From positions 1 through 25,822 of the IMG/VR virus record IMGVR_UViG_3300011335_000211: 25,822 nucleotides of DNA; one strand, 5' to 3'. Origin of the DNA: a virus. Taxonomy: Duplodnaviria > Caudoviricetes. The notes beneath the pieces are model-generated. The model was not told the origin of the DNA. It saw nothing but the letters and a program-made list of their open reading frames with translations, and searched no databases. Of the stretch, positions 25,657-25,822 are shown one piece after another. How positions within the stretch are numbered: the stretch's first letter is position 1; each line of letters begins with the position of its first letter. Position numbers and translations under genes: made by a program.

Positions 25657-25822
25657 AAATTAGATGTAGCTCAATAGGTAAGATAATGACTTCACCCAAA
25701 ACTAAGGGGGAGGTACTAGCACAAACAACTAAGACGTATATCCAGGGCTTAGCCCTGGCACACGTTTATGGTAACAGAAAGGAGTTTACTTCTAAGTATA
25801 CAGATAAGGGTAATGAGTGCGA
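25653..25822 (+). CDS. Probable lambda-exonuclease/YqaJ-like nuclease (5' part, truncated by window end)
   Basis: MKIRCSSIGKIMTSPKTKGE...SKYTDKGNEC. ATGA-coupled to erf, matching the usual SSAP-exonuclease pairing. Confidence 0.7.
   Translation, partial: MKIRCSSIGKIMTSPKTKGEVLAQTTKTYIQGLALAHVYGNRKEFTSKYTDKGNEC

Noticed and set aside
1-25822. Stop-codon reassignment, as in some Bacteroidota phages
   Set aside because: Genes are full length and tightly packed under the standard code, and TAA, TGA and TAG all appear as plausible terminators.

Overview
A 25.8 kb fragment of a tailed dsDNA phage (Caudoviricetes, probably siphovirus-like), AT-rich and strongly CpG-depleted. TAnnTTTG promoter boxes and A-rich starts without Shine-Dalgarno motifs point to a Bacteroidota host. 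Gene order: end of terminase small subunit, PBSX-type terminase large subunit, tail-tip genes, tape measure protein, tail completion/fibre-like genes, two paralogous minus-strand genes (probable tail assembly chaperones), XkdF-like prohead protease/scaffold, major capsid, tail tube, portal, head-tail adaptor, lysis cassette (holin, amidase, candidate unimolecular spanin), metallophosphoesterase, a non-coding control region, small early genes, an HNH-like gene, a DnaA-C-like HTH protein, an iteron-rich probable origin, primase-polymerase/helicase, HNH, VRR-NUC, ERF recombinase and a truncated exonuclease. The most interesting signals are non-coding. (1) Two related GC-rich hairpins carry different loops: one loop is exactly complementary to the translation-start regions of two promoter-proximal early genes, the other to the 5' end of its own leader, suggesting an antisense-RNA regulatory system. 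(2) A fixed-spacing AACA-N16-TAATATAG motif precedes structural operons. (3) A 42-bp gap holds overlapping divergent promoters, and the inverted chaperone-like pair appears to use a host-type promoter. All protein calls come from motif recognition and synteny; no database search was run.
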